Origin: Dimorphilus gyrociliatus
Taxonomy: Eukaryota > Animalia > Annelida
Direction: 5' to 3'
Assembly: GCA_904063045.1 (NCBI GenBank)
Contig: CAJFCJ010000028.1
Span: 248,001-312,000 of the forward strand
Length of the DNA stretch: 64,000 nucleotides
This document shows positions 28,063 through 49,060 of the stretch, piece by piece. The notes below the pieces were generated by a model that was given only the letters and a program-made list of their open reading frames with translations, ran no database searches and was not told where the DNA came from. The stretch's first letter is position 1. Every line of letters begins with the position of its first letter. Made by a program: the position numbers and the translations under genes.

Positions 28063-29015
28063 TGGAGCAATTGTTCATATTGAAGATGTCTCCTTGAAAT
28101 TTATTACTCAGCTTTAATGATATCTTCTCAAAGTCACATTGAAAGAAATCAACCTTAATCTAATTTTAGCTGTTACGAAAAGACTCGCAGGTCTAATTAT
28201 AAAGAATTTAAGCCATATGATATATCTTAATGTTTTGCGTAATTGGTTTTGTCTTTCGTGGCTGTAAGCTGTGCTTAAGTAATATCAACATGTATATTGA
28301 ATATTCTTAGTAATTGCAGACTTCACCTTCAAGAAAGACATTTCATTTCGTTTAAATATTATAAAAAGTTTATAAGGGTTTCCAGTAAATTGCTCAGTTT
28401 CTATATTAAATAATATTATTTGTGGGTGTATTTTTGTTATATAAATAGATCCCTATTGTCAGCAGGAATTCTGTACAAAGTAAGTTCTAAAACTCTACTA
28501 CACTAAGTCATATTGTTTTTTATTAATTATTAAATATAATTATACTATTTATATGTAATGTTGCTTTGTTTATAATTAGGTTATTATATAGCTTCCGTCA
28601 ACAATTCCTTTGAATAGTCACGAGCTTTGTGTTCTTTCAAATTGAGGAACAAAGCTAATTAGGAGGAATAGGTTCTATTCAAAAATTTATTATTCGGATA
28701 TTTTATCAATTTTAATTGGTATATGTTCACTAAAATTTAATGAAATAAATTTGCAGCATTAGGATCGAAATAATGAAAAAAAGACATGCAGCCATGAACT
28801 AAATATAATCTCTGCAAATAAAGATCACATAAAAATTTCGCCAGTGAATCGAAAGAACAGACAAGATCTCATTGATTTTCTGATCGTGTATAACAAAAAA
28901 TAAGGAAATATGTTTTATATCCTGCAAACTCTTTTATGCGGCATTTCCTTCTTTGAGGCGGATGTAACAGACAAATCGTGAATATATATTATGCCAGTAG
29001 ATATTTTTTCTCCGC

Positions 29016-36873
<7,858 letters not shown>

Positions 36874-38985
36874 ATCTTTTTTATAATGATGTGTTTAAGG
36901 CTGCCAATCAAATTTGATACTGCGAAGAATTTTTTTGAAGTTAGGAGCGTCACTCGTTGGGGAAGAGTGGTAGCGACCTTTAGTCCTTCTAGAATCTAGA
37001 TCAGTTCATCAACATAAGCAATTCAAGGCACTGCTCGAAAAGAGGAATATATATTGTTTATTGGCCAGAAGAGTAAAAGTTAACACTACCTTATTGTTTT
37101 GTTTAGATAACAAATTTAATATTATTAATAATAAATTTCGACCCACTGTAATTGCTCGATCTCGTGAAAAAATATATAATTTTTTCCTAAAGTTTCGTCA
37201 ACAAATGCCAGGGTCTTACTAAAATCTGCTTTTTATATTAGTAACACTTGTTTCGATAGTTTTAGTAAACTCTCATTTTACAACAAATGCTATTCTTTTT
37301 CCATCAACACAAATGTTATTCGTTAGAGATTTGAAGTATCAAAAAATGTGGTACATCAATTCTATTTTTAAATAATATATTCATTCAATTAATTATTAAT
37401 AATAAAATCATTTCAATAGAATTTTTGAATTAGAATCTAATTTTTATGATGATATAATAAAAAAACCTATTATTACAGTAAAATTCCCCATTTTTTTTGG
37501 AGAAAAACAAGTAAATAAGAAATAAAACATCAAGAAATATTTACAAGTATTACAGAGAAATGTGGCTTCTGTTGCTGCTTTGAAATTCTCAGTTAAAAAA
37601 TTCATTCACTCTCCCTCCTTCTTATTCCTAGAAAAAACATTAGAAAGTTACTTGAAGATAAAAAAAAAGAGAAATTTGGACTTTAATCATATAAACTCGG
37701 TTCAGGAAGGAAATAAAACTATTGTTCCATAACGAAATGTATACACTAATAGATAGAAGAAAGAAGACAGTATAAATGAGTAATAGGTGGAGAGAGGTTG
37801 GTGGTTGGGACACTCGGTGCACAAAACAAAGAAGATAACAGATTGTCCAGAGGAATAGATACAGACGATTTATCCTTGCCAATAATCAAGTGGAAATGAA
37901 ATTTATTTTGTCAATATATCGTCGAAGAAAATGATATATAAACTTTTTTTAAATATAGAAATACATTATCTTCATATCTAAACATATTCTATTTAATCAT
38001 TTAGTTGATTAGGTATCGAATAGATTAAAGCTTTGTAATATTAGCTATATTATTATACTTATTTCTATAATTCTCTTTTTATATGAAATGCTCCCTTCTA
38101 TCAGAAAGGAATAACATTTTGCTCTTTGCTATTTCCTCTCATTTTTCCCCCTTAATTTTCTTTTCATTTCTTTTTTTACAGATGTATAGACCTATAATTA
38201 TGAGTGAACACTATATGATGTTTTTTTTTATCTATTGTTAAATCCTCTACAATGATTGATTCGGCGGAAAAAGCATCAAGAAGAGAAAGGAAGTGATTGA
38301 TTGATGATAATTGCTTTAAAATGTTAAAATCTTAAATTTCACTCTTCTTCCTCCTCTTCTGACTCCAAGTGACAATAAGAGAAAATAGGAAAATGTTGAA
38401 AAAAGGCTGAAGTATTTATTGGAAAAGAAAAGAGGAAAAAGAGGAAGTAAATATCTTTCGAGATTAGTTTGATTATAAAACAAACTGAATTAACAAATTT
38501 AGATTAATTTATTCTCAAATAAGATAACATGATATTCCAGTAAGACCCTCTTATTAATAATATTCTATTACTATAAAATATCTACTATTTAAAGAGAAAT
38601 ATATAATAAACGAATAAAACAAACAAATAGAATGAACAGCGGGATATTTAATTACGCCTATCAAAACATACCTGTAAATTTTAGCAATTATCAATATACA
38701 TTTCAAAAACATAAAGTATCATTATCATTAAAATCATTCATTTATCACTAATTACAAACCTCTGAATAACATTAATAAAGAAAAAGAAGAGTAACTGTAG
38801 GGGAGAATATTGCTTAAATGTTATTTTTGTGGTTTTAATAAGTTACGGTAACTCTATATATATATTATAAGTGAATGTCTTTATTGATTCTTATTCAATG
38901 TTCCTCGCATGACTGACTAGTCATACCATACATGATATCTGAAACTTCTCGCTATTCAAACATATGTCTCAATTCCCGAGTATTT

Positions 38986-39506
38986 ATGGCACGAAAGCTG
39001 TTATACTTTCTCGTTTTAAATGTCATAGATAACTTGGTTATTTCAGCCGACTCTTGTAATAATTGTACAGAGTTTGAATATTGTGATAGAGGCGGCCAAA
39101 ATGAATGCTTACCTTGTTCCAAGATTCAAACGGAGGATCAGTTCGAGAAAAGCTGTCCTTTTGTCTCAGCAATTAAAAAGTTTTGCTTAAAGGGTAAAGA
39201 AGCAAATATTCTTTTGAATAAGTTGGATTATTGCAAGAATATGAAAATTTACACTACAAAAACAGGTATGAGCAATTTAACTTCAATATTACTAGCTTTT
39301 CCCCATTTCTAAATGTCTTTTACTTAGAAGCAAACTGTACAAAATGCAATTCAATTGGCCTTCCAGTAATCTGCTCAGTTTCTGTCTTCCTAAATGTCGT
39401 AACACTAATTTATCTCATAAGCTCTTATCAATATCGAAAGAGAAACCGTCCACCCGTTCGCCGTTTTGTGGAAGAAACCGGAAATAGGATCGTTGATGTA
39501 TCATGA
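38986..39506 (+). CDS. Small type I membrane protein with a Cys-rich ectodomain (possible atypical TNF-receptor-like), 2 exons
   Basis: Signal-like MARKLLYFLVLNVIDNLVISA, then CNNCTEFEYCDRGGQNECLPC. A 62-nt GT-AG intron at 39266-39327, TM LPVICSVSVFLNVVTLIYLI, stop-transfer YRKRNR. The CDS itself is well supported; the family call is tentative. Confidence 0.65.
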
Positions 39507-40144
39507 ACAAAAAAAAAATTCACAGCCCCGATTAGCTAATCAAGAAGACAACAAGAAAGTAAACTAATAATGAACAAGCCATCGAACAACTTATTAATTG
39601 AAGACATTCCGTAAAGAGTATTGTAAATAGCAAGTCAGTTTTCTCAAGTGATGAAATTGTTTCATATAAGAATAAAGCATAATATTTTCATATGTAAAAC
39701 GTTTTCATGGATACGCTATTCGTCTGATAGTCAAAATATATATTCAGGAGCTATTAACATGAAATGCTACCTATTGATTGTCGGCGCTCTATTGTAGAGA
39801 GAACGAAGGGTATATTATATATTGTATACCTTTATGTGTAATATCAAGTTTAAATTTCTATAAAAGTAAAATCTTTTGCAGTTATGTTACAGTTTTTATT
39901 AAAACAAGTAAACAAAGTTTCGTATTCTGTATATATATATATATATGTATATATTAATATATTTTTCCTATTTTGTTCTGTTTTTTTTTTCTATTAAAAT
40001 GAAAATGTTTCTTTTAAAAATATATTGGAAAACGCTGAATAAATTAAATAAATTTAAAGAGTTTAAGAGCACAAAAGCAGATCCTTCCAACTTGATCAAA
40101 CTTAATGAATCGCAAATCATAAAAGTTTTTCCATGAAGATATAA

Positions 40145-40179
40145 ATATATATATATATATATACTGTATATATACTGTA

Positions 40180-40226
<47 letters not shown>
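40145..40226. repeat. (AT)n microsatellite, interrupted
   Basis: Direct reading of the sequence. Confidence 0.95.
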
Positions 40227-40229
<3 letters not shown>

Positions 40230-40437
40230 GAAAGAGTGGTATTTTTTTATTCCTACAGCTTTTAGTTTAAACCAAAGAAAATAACGAAAAAAAGAAAAAA
40301 ATAAAGAAATATATAATGAACTTTTATACAATCAACAAGACTTATCTTAAAGTATCAACAATAAAAAAATATAATATAACTTTTTATAAATTTAAAACAT
40401 GTACAATAACATACAAAAGAAAAGCTAAGGTGATAAA

Positions 40438-41928
40438 CTAACTAATCTGCTTTTGCAATCCTTTTATCTTTTGTACGAAGAATTTTTCTAGTCCATCAGC
40501 GCATTTATAATAATTTGTGTTTGAATCATTATATAGTCTGCAATTATGAAATACCCTCATGACGTCGTTAGTAAATTGATCTAGAGTTGCGTATTCCCTT
40601 CCAGTTGCTCGCTCCTGAATAGTTTTAAAGTCAATTGGATCTTTGATAACTTGATAATAATCGGGGGCGTCTTTTTTGTCGACGGGTTCTAAGAAAGGCC
40701 ATGCGTATCTATGTACTTTAAGTTGTTTTAAAAGGTTTTCTAATTCTCTGTAATCGGCATCAGACAGCTGTTTGTTGCTATTGCTATCTGTCGTACAGCG
40801 AGGACAAACGTATGTAGCTAGATCGTCCGCTTCTCCTTTGGATATTCCTACACAATCTCCATGAAACCAATCTTGACATCTGTCGCATCCTATGTAGAAT
40901 TCTGTCGGATCATAGGGTTTACGGCATAGACAGTACACTTCATTCTCCGTCTTATTTTGCTGGGTTTTACACTCGTCACAAACGTAAGACTCGATAGCCC
41001 TCGCTTCATCTTCTTCTATTCCCACGCAACTTCCATGAAACCAATTTGAACACATATCACAGCCTATGTAAAATTTGCTCTCATCGTACGGGGTCTTGCA
41101 AACGCAAAACAATCGATTCGTTCTCTTCGGTATCCTTTTCCCTCTCATTGATTCCATTTCCATAGGAAAAGGACGCTTTCTCGGAGGTGGTATAGATGAC
41201 GGAGATAGCGTAACTGCTGTGGACGAAATTGTACCACTAGATGACAAAAGTCTCTTTTGTCTCTCCGACAATGGATTTGAAGATGGATATGACGGATCAA
41301 CTTCCATTCCTTTAGATGGGTGATCTGTTTCAAGGTTACGTTGCATGGCTGCTAATTTAGCTTGTTTATCAGGATCAGATGTTTGTTCCATTGCTCTTCG
41401 AACCACTGAAGGAAGATTTGAGAGAGATAAGATGAGTTTCGAAAACAGAAAAGAATTCACGAAATTATATATAAAAAAGAACATATATATGTCTATATAT
41501 ATATCTAATTAATAACTTTTTTAATAATACATTGACTCTTTTATAGACAATTCTATCTAGGGACTTACTAAAGATTCTTTCCTCTAAACAAGGTACAAAA
41601 CAACTACTATAATTAAACATTCTCTATATGGATAACGATAGGAAAATTGTTGATTGATTAGTAATTTCGCCTGATATTATAATTATTTTTTTTTCTCTTT
41701 TTTTACACAAATAACCGATAAAAAGAAATATTAGAGAAATATTTATTCAAATTTAAAATATCACGTAATTATTATATAAAATAAAAGAGGATAATTATTA
41801 AAGAATTTTTATATTCTTAAATAAGCTACTTTTTTAATATTTTTTTTGCACTGGATGATGAGTATTGAATAATGAACAACAGGGAGAGGAGGGAGGGTGG
41901 GGTTGTAATAGTTGACAAAGGATAAGTT

Positions 41929-41962
<34 letters not shown>

Positions 41963-44900
41963 CTTTAAATTTATATATATATATATATTTAAATTTATAT
42001 ATATAAGCATATTAAATATCTTGCTTTCACAAAAAAAGAAAGAATATGCAATAGGTCATTAACCTTGCAAAAAAAAAAAGAAAGAAGATAAAACCACTTG
42101 TAAACTTAGTATACTGACTTTTTTTATTAAATAACTGACAAAATTAATTTTCTAAAAGAATAAACTAAATTTTTTGTAATTTTTTTAAAAAAAAACAACA
42201 AAGATTAACCATTTGTTTCTTTAAATATCAAATATTCTGATTTACCCGCATATATACTTACTGTGATGTAACATTTCTGAAGATATTTTATATTTTCCTT
42301 GTTGGTCTTGTGATTGCTGTGAATTATTTGGTACAGTTGTGGTAGAAGCTGCAGATGGTTGTTTTACGTCTTGGGCGCCTGGAGAGGCATTTGTTGTTGC
42401 CAAAGTTGTCACACTGGAGGTATTTACCATAGTAACTGGTGCAGTTTGAGATGTTAGTTTAGCGGGTGATGGTTGCAGTTGAACAGTTTGGACGGGAGTT
42501 TGTTGCTGTTGAAAAAATATATTTTAAAAACTAATATGCTTATGTAAGAATAGTTTCCTTACCCTAACAATGACAGGTTGAGGAACTGCCTGTCTAATTA
42601 TAACTTGTGGTGCGGTCTTTTGTACAAACTGAGCCCTCACAACTCCCCCTGAACTTATTGGAATCAAACGAACAGGATTATTTCCTTGCTGCTGTACATT
42701 CAGTAAAACAGGCCTTTGCTGCTGCTGAGATTGCTGCACCTGTCCTTGTTGAATTGCTTGTGGCTTAATAGCAATTTGGGGCTGTGCGTTCTGTTGCGGA
42801 CTCCTGACAGCTAATTGAGCTCTCATTAGCTGCCCCGTTGGTGTTCTTATCACTAATTGTCTTTCTTGACCTGGCTGTGATGGTTGTTGGACGATTATTT
42901 GTTGTTGAGGGGATTGCTGATTTTGCTGTTGACTTTGTTGCTGTTGTTGTTGCTGCTGCTGAGAAGACTGAAACACAACTTGAGGTCGTCTTGTTTGAAC
43001 AACAAATCGACCATCAGGGGTTTGTACAATTTGTTGATGTGGTTGAAGACCTCGAACTTGAATTCTACCAGATGCATCTTTTATAATGGAAACACCTGAG
43101 GATCCCGATGAAGGTGAACTTTGTATTGGTTTCTTTATGGTTGAAGTAGGTAGTCTAACAAAATTTTTTGCTGAAACTGAAGGACTTTGAACTACCAATG
43201 TTCTTGGAGCCAGTGGTCTGTGAATCGCCGTTGGAGAAGGCCGAATTTGAAGTTTCGGTGTCTCCAGTTTCTTCTTATCTTCATTTAACTTCTCAAGCAC
43301 ATTTGCTTTACTTCTAGCTGTTACCCGATGTTCTGAGAATTGCTTAATTTGCCATAATTCCAATTGATCTTCATTTATCCATTCTTCGGTAACTGACGGA
43401 TCTTTTTGTTTGGGAGAGGCTGCTCTACGTCTCTCTCGCAAGCCACTACGAATAGGGGTGTATTCGTCACGATGACCAACTCCTCCTATAGGAACCACAA
43501 TCTTTCTCTGCAAATATTGAGTTTGTAAACCATATACTCCTCTATGTCTTTTTTGTAAAAGTTCTGTAGTAATTATTTCATTATCAGTTGAAACTGTGTG
43601 TGGACCAGGAGCCGTAGTCGGTTTATAATCCAAATCATCCCAACGTATACATGCCCATAAAACTCTTAATTGCAAAGCACATGCTGATAGACAACTGCTT
43701 AGAGTCATTCGAAATCGCCAGCAAGTTGAAAATAAAGGCCGAGGACAAGGATATATCCATTCAGGCACTGACTTTGAGCCATAGTGAAATCCTGGTATTT
43801 GCTTTGTGATATTTCTCGCTAAACGACGTAATTCCAATTTGTCACAGAGCAATATAGATCGTTTCCCCCTTAAACAGAATTTTTGAACAACGGGTAAATG
43901 ACCACGCCGTTTCTTTCGCTGACCAGTACCTGGCGGCTGCTTAACCTGTTTCAAGACAATTAATATGAAAATAATTTAAATAAAACGAAGGAAGAGGCAC
44001 TCACTTTATCTTTCGTATCAAATTTGTATTGTTCTATTTTCGTTTCTAAGGCTGTTGCCAATTTGGAATCTACAGCTATAGTATTTCCACTTGGTGTAGT
44101 AACGTAAGCAACCATATCATTCTTATCTATTCTGCCTTCAGTAACTTTAAGTTGACGGCCAATACAAGTTGGAGAATAGCAATTCTGATCACAACTTGGG
44201 GAATAACATGTCGTTGATGTCCCTCTCTTTTTTAAATTTCCTCCTTCTTGCGCCTTTTTATATGCATTGAGCGCTATTAGAAGAGATCTACGGTGTTTTA
44301 TAGTATTAACAACTTGTCGTGATCTTCTTTCTAATAAAGCATCTAATTTAGCTGCTTTATCTGTCATTTTCGGAAACCACGTCCTATCCGCTAAACCTTT
44401 AGACACATCTATCACGCCATCTTGTTGCTGTAATTCTTTCTCGTCCGATTTACTCTTATTGTCTATTTCTTCTGCAGATGGCTGTAATTCATTTTCAGTG
44501 TCAAATTTTGTCTCATTCTCATTCGTATCCATTTTTTCCTTTCCCTCATTACTTTCTTCCTCAATCTTATTCCTGTTTCTGTTTGCAATCCCACGCAATC
44601 CGACTGAACTCATATCGATAATCCTATGTTTACGAGTTATTGAAACCCATAGCCAACCGAAGCAACCCCAATATAATCTGTATTCTTCACCTTTTTGTTT
44701 CCACACCTGATGCCTAAATCCTTTGCTATTCTTTATCCAGGCAGTTTTGGCAACATACTCTTCATCATCCTTCTTTTTCTTTTTTCTTTCATCTCTTGCA
44801 GCTTGGGTTTGACGTATCAATCTATAATGGCCAACATGTTCGTTCCAAATAGGATTTAATACTACAGATTTTATGCAAGCCTCTAAAATAGCAAGGGCTA

Positions 44901-47128
44901 ACGAAAAATCTTTGGGAGACATACACATGTTGATAGCTCTCAGCCAGTTATGCCTATGTGATGGCCAATTATGATGCATGAAAACAGGTGGAATTGCATT
45001 TTCTAATTGTTCGACACTTGATCTTAGAGTTCTAACAATACTTTCATGATTGCCGAATGTTGTACCATTCCAGGAAAAGTGAGACACGGTAGTTAAAGAG
45101 AATTTATGAGACAGATGCCGTCTTCTATCTCGTTCTTCTTGATTTTGTTGCTTTGTAAGTCCGAGTTCAGATGAATTCATATGGTTAACATATTGTCTAT
45201 AATTTCCCTCCATCCCTAATTTATATAGAGAGTCAGGAGGACGGGCAGGAAGTGGTGGCATTTCAAACTGACGCTGCTGGCGAGGAGCCCTGGTCCCCGA
45301 TACAGAGTCAGTAAAAACACGAGGGGTTAGTGATCCTGTTTTAGAACGTGTTACAATACCACGACGCTCTGCAAAAGAGTTGTTAGATGACAGAGTTAGT
45401 TTAGAATTAATTAAGAGTATCAGTCTTTTTTCTTTAATATATATATAATATATATATCTTACCATTAGATTCCAGTGTATCTTCTATATCTTCTCCACTT
45501 CGTTCAGATGTAGCTTCAGGAGAATTCTAGAATAACAATGGTAAATTACCTTCGAACATAATGATAACAAATAAAAGTAAAAATACCGTTGTTTCTTCCT
45601 TAATCTCATCTTTTATTTCATTATTTAATGGTTGTTCTTCTTTAATATCTGTTTCAGACTTTGTTTCCGTCATTTCCAGATCTTCACCATTTGGAATGTT
45701 TTCACTGGGACTACCTGTATCTTGTATATCGTTTACAATATCTGCTTCCTCCAATTCACCTTTAACGCCATTAATTGATTCAGTTCTTTCATCTGCTAGA
45801 GATTTAAATGCTTTAGATTCTTCTTCTAAAACAGTTTGACAGCCCTTTGGTATTCTATATTTATCTGTCAAAGTTTTTGTTATTTCCATATGTTCTGTTA
45901 ATAGAGCCTCGTGACTCAATAATTCAGATTTGAGCCTCTTCTCATACTTCTCTCCGTCCAATTTTTCAATGATTTCTTTTAAGCCTTGAACAGAAGAGAA
46001 ATAATAAATTTTATCCGTAGATTCTACAATAAGGCGTCTAGAAAGGAGCCAATATCTTCTTCCGTGTCTATCAAATCCTAGAGCTTCCTGTCGTAAATGT
46101 TCTAAAGGTAAACAATCAGTAACTCCTGTTACCAATGATGCCCTACATATGCCACACAACCACTCATCCTGAGGAACTTGAGCTAGTGGAGGATCTGCAC
46201 ATTCCAAATGATATACAGCCGGACATCTATCACAGCAAATTAAATCTCCTCCTTTATAACACAATCTGCAATGTTCTTCGTGTCGAATATCTTCAGGTGT
46301 TTTCGAAATTTCATTTCGAACAGCACTCGTTGTTAAAAAGATATCGACAAGAGTTTTTAGAACAATTAAACGTTCCTTGACGTTCGTTAGGGAGTAATGT
46401 TGCTTGCTTAGTATCTCTTCCGCGGAACTTGGAACATCTTTTCTTGAATTCAAGTAAGATCTCACAGCCTCACACCAGGTTATAGAGTCATTGAAAAAAA
46501 AACAAACGTTAATTGAGTCTTTGGCATCCTGAGGCCCAAAAGTGGTATTAGTGCTATCTTCTTCTCTCATGATTGCTTTAAAAAGTGTAATATGCACTTC
46601 GCTTAAAATCATACTATTCTCAGACACAGATAAAGCCATGCAGAAATCTTCTAATCGAAATGGAGAGAGCCTCAATATAGTTTTAAATCTCCACAGAACT
46701 TCATATACTTCTAGGCATGTAGTAACATCATCTACTTCAAGTAAAAGGTCTGTACAAGACTCTGGCAGTACCAACTCAGGTAGATTCTCATCATCTGGAA
46801 TTGGAATTGGTGTTCTGACGGGAGAGGGAGGAATTGAATCAAAGTTTATTTCTTCATCTTCCTCCTCCTCTTCTAGTGGGGAAGTTACTCCTAAGCTAGA
46901 GAGTTCATCTTCGCTTTCAGGCTCTTCCAAAACATCCTTATAAATTTCTTCAAATTTTCGCTTTGAGCGATTTCTCGTTAAAACCCCAGTGTGAAGGTCG
47001 TCCTCTTCCGGATGTTCATCATCGTCGCTTGGCGCGTACCATCGGGGTTTTCGTGGTTTTACAACGTTTTTCGCGCGAGTGGTACTTTTACGACCTTTTC
47101 CGCGGCCTCTACCTTTAGCTCGAGGCAT
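40438..47128 (-). CDS. BPTF: Nucleosome-remodelling factor subunit BPTF/NURF301 (DDT, PHD, WHIM/WSD, Q-rich, PHD-PHD-bromo), about 6 exons
   Basis: [22 protein letters not shown] (DDT), [25 protein letters not shown] (PHD), [23 protein letters not shown], two PHDs [28 protein letters not shown] and [28 protein letters not shown], bromodomain [21 protein letters not shown]. Confidence 0.96.
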
Positions 47129-48051
47129 CCGAATTTACAATTTTGATCCAACAGGCTCAGGAATGACAGATTTCCTAACGAAAACAGTACTTTTCTTTTC
47201 AAATTACCGGCTTTCGAATGTTTTCGTGCAAACTCTTCACAGCAGCCATCTTAGTTATTGTAGTCACGTGATGTATTCATCTAACCTATCACCGTCCTTC
47301 GTTGTTTCGCTTTTAATAGCTATATTTTTTCAATTACTACCTTTGCACAAAGTTACTTAATACGTTCAGGTGTTAAATTTGCTCGAAAATGAGTTTTAAG
47401 CCAACAATCCACAATTTTTAACCGTCTGTACGCTAGGACGCTGTGCAAGCGCTGTCAGATCGCCGACTATTCGCTGTACTTAATGTCGTATGTATGTTGC
47501 GTATCATAGTGAAAAAAAGTCAATTTTTTTAAAGAAGTGGACAAAAATTAAACTTGTGAGTGAAAAGTAATATACTTTCTGGTTATCCAATGTTTAATTA
47601 GACGGATATTTGAGGCCTTTCGAATCAATGACGTCATTGAAAAGCATCCAATCAGCAATGATGTTACATTTCAAAAACGTATACCAGCTTGCATCAGTTC
47701 AACTTCTCATATCTTCACGTACAAAACTGAGCGGAACAAGGAACCAGATTATGTTTGCATTTCAAACTTCCGGAATTGAAGTTTAAATAAAGATGCTTTA
47801 TAAACAATTAAGATAACAATTAGAAGTGATGTATACTGTTTCCAGGCAGTGAATTTAAATATTTTTTATGACTTGTATATTATGATTAAGTCTCGTATGC
47901 AATTACTTGAATATTCGATACTAATGAAACAGTTTCATCTTCATTGTTTGACATTTTACAATAATTCTTTTTTACAGTTTTCTTTCCATTTGATTCTTAC
48001 AATTGTATAGTTTATGACATTCAGTAAAAAGATACTTAGAAGTGACATCAT

Positions 48052-48209
48052 CTATGAGTGTTCATATAATGGTGCTAATAAGTCATACAGCATGTATTCG
48101 TCATCACTTAATACACTAAAAAAAATTCTCTGAAAAAGCATGTAATTTTCTGCAGCTTTAAACCAATTTGTTTTCTCTTCATACAATTTGTAACAAAAAT
48201 CATTGAAGT
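48052..48209 (-). pseudogene. Decayed partial duplicate of the first CTLD exon of the neighbouring lectin gene
   Basis: After an AG it reads FNDFCYKLYEEKTNWFKAAENYMLFQRIFFSVLSDDE...HS*, versus FNNYCYKLNEEKTNWFKAEENCNAQGGNLISILSEDE at ~51835-51935. The conserved Cys is lost and there is an early stop. Confidence 0.7.
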
Positions 48210-49060
48210 CTATTTAATTAACTAGACATTTGGAAACGACTATGACAAACAAATATAATATATTCATACTATACACGCTGTACACAATAGTGTATATAAA
48301 GCCTTTAATTGATAATAAGATTCTTTTACTTACCTACCGTAAAATTATCTCAGCTTTGTTTTCATTATACTCTCATTGTTAAATCACAGAGTACGATTTG
48401 TTCTTCAGCTAAATTCTTTCTTCATGCCAATGCATGATTTGATAGAATATATTCCTAAGAATGAAATGTCAACATTTTTTCTGGAAAGTAATTGAGCCAG
48501 TTTGTCTATAAAACAAACAAACAGGATTTAATTAATGAAAATTTCCTGCCTCTTGTTTTTTCCTAAATTTTTCCCGACATTAACTGTTTAGTTTCCCCAA
48601 AAGAGTTACTTTTAGAAATATACGCTTATTTACATCTGCACATAATTTTTACCAAGAGAAACCTCTTATCTGTTAACTAGCTGATAAGGGGCATAGAGCA
48701 ATAGTGAAGTGATTTAAATATATAAGACTTATATTGAAATTGAGGTTAAATCAAGTCTTATATCTTTAAAACTTAATCTTTTTTACAATCTAACGTTAAA
48801 ATTATTATTAATTAATTTTAACTTGTACTCAATCTTCAGTCCATTCCCTATATTACTGTAGATATTTAAAGAGTCAGACAATGATTTGGATTTAATATTT
48901 ATTAAAAAATATATATTTAATAATTGTAATCCACAGAAAGAGAATCATTTTTTCTTTTATTTATTCCATTGATCTTTTCTCCACTTGTTAAAAATATTTA
49001 TTTATAAATAAAGATAAATGCCTTTTATTACCTATCTATATACTGTATATACCGAATTCA

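Noticed and set aside
39499-39570. 28-nt GT-AG intron extending the TNFR-like protein with PRLANQEDNKKVN*
   Set aside because: Far shorter than other introns here and lacks a pyrimidine tract; left unresolved without RNA data.
42838-43099. Plus-strand ORFs of 60-82 aa with poly-Leu/Val
   Set aside because: Antisense shadows of the BPTF Gln-rich exon. The same applies to the other plus-strand ORFs over BPTF, perilipin and MYO5.
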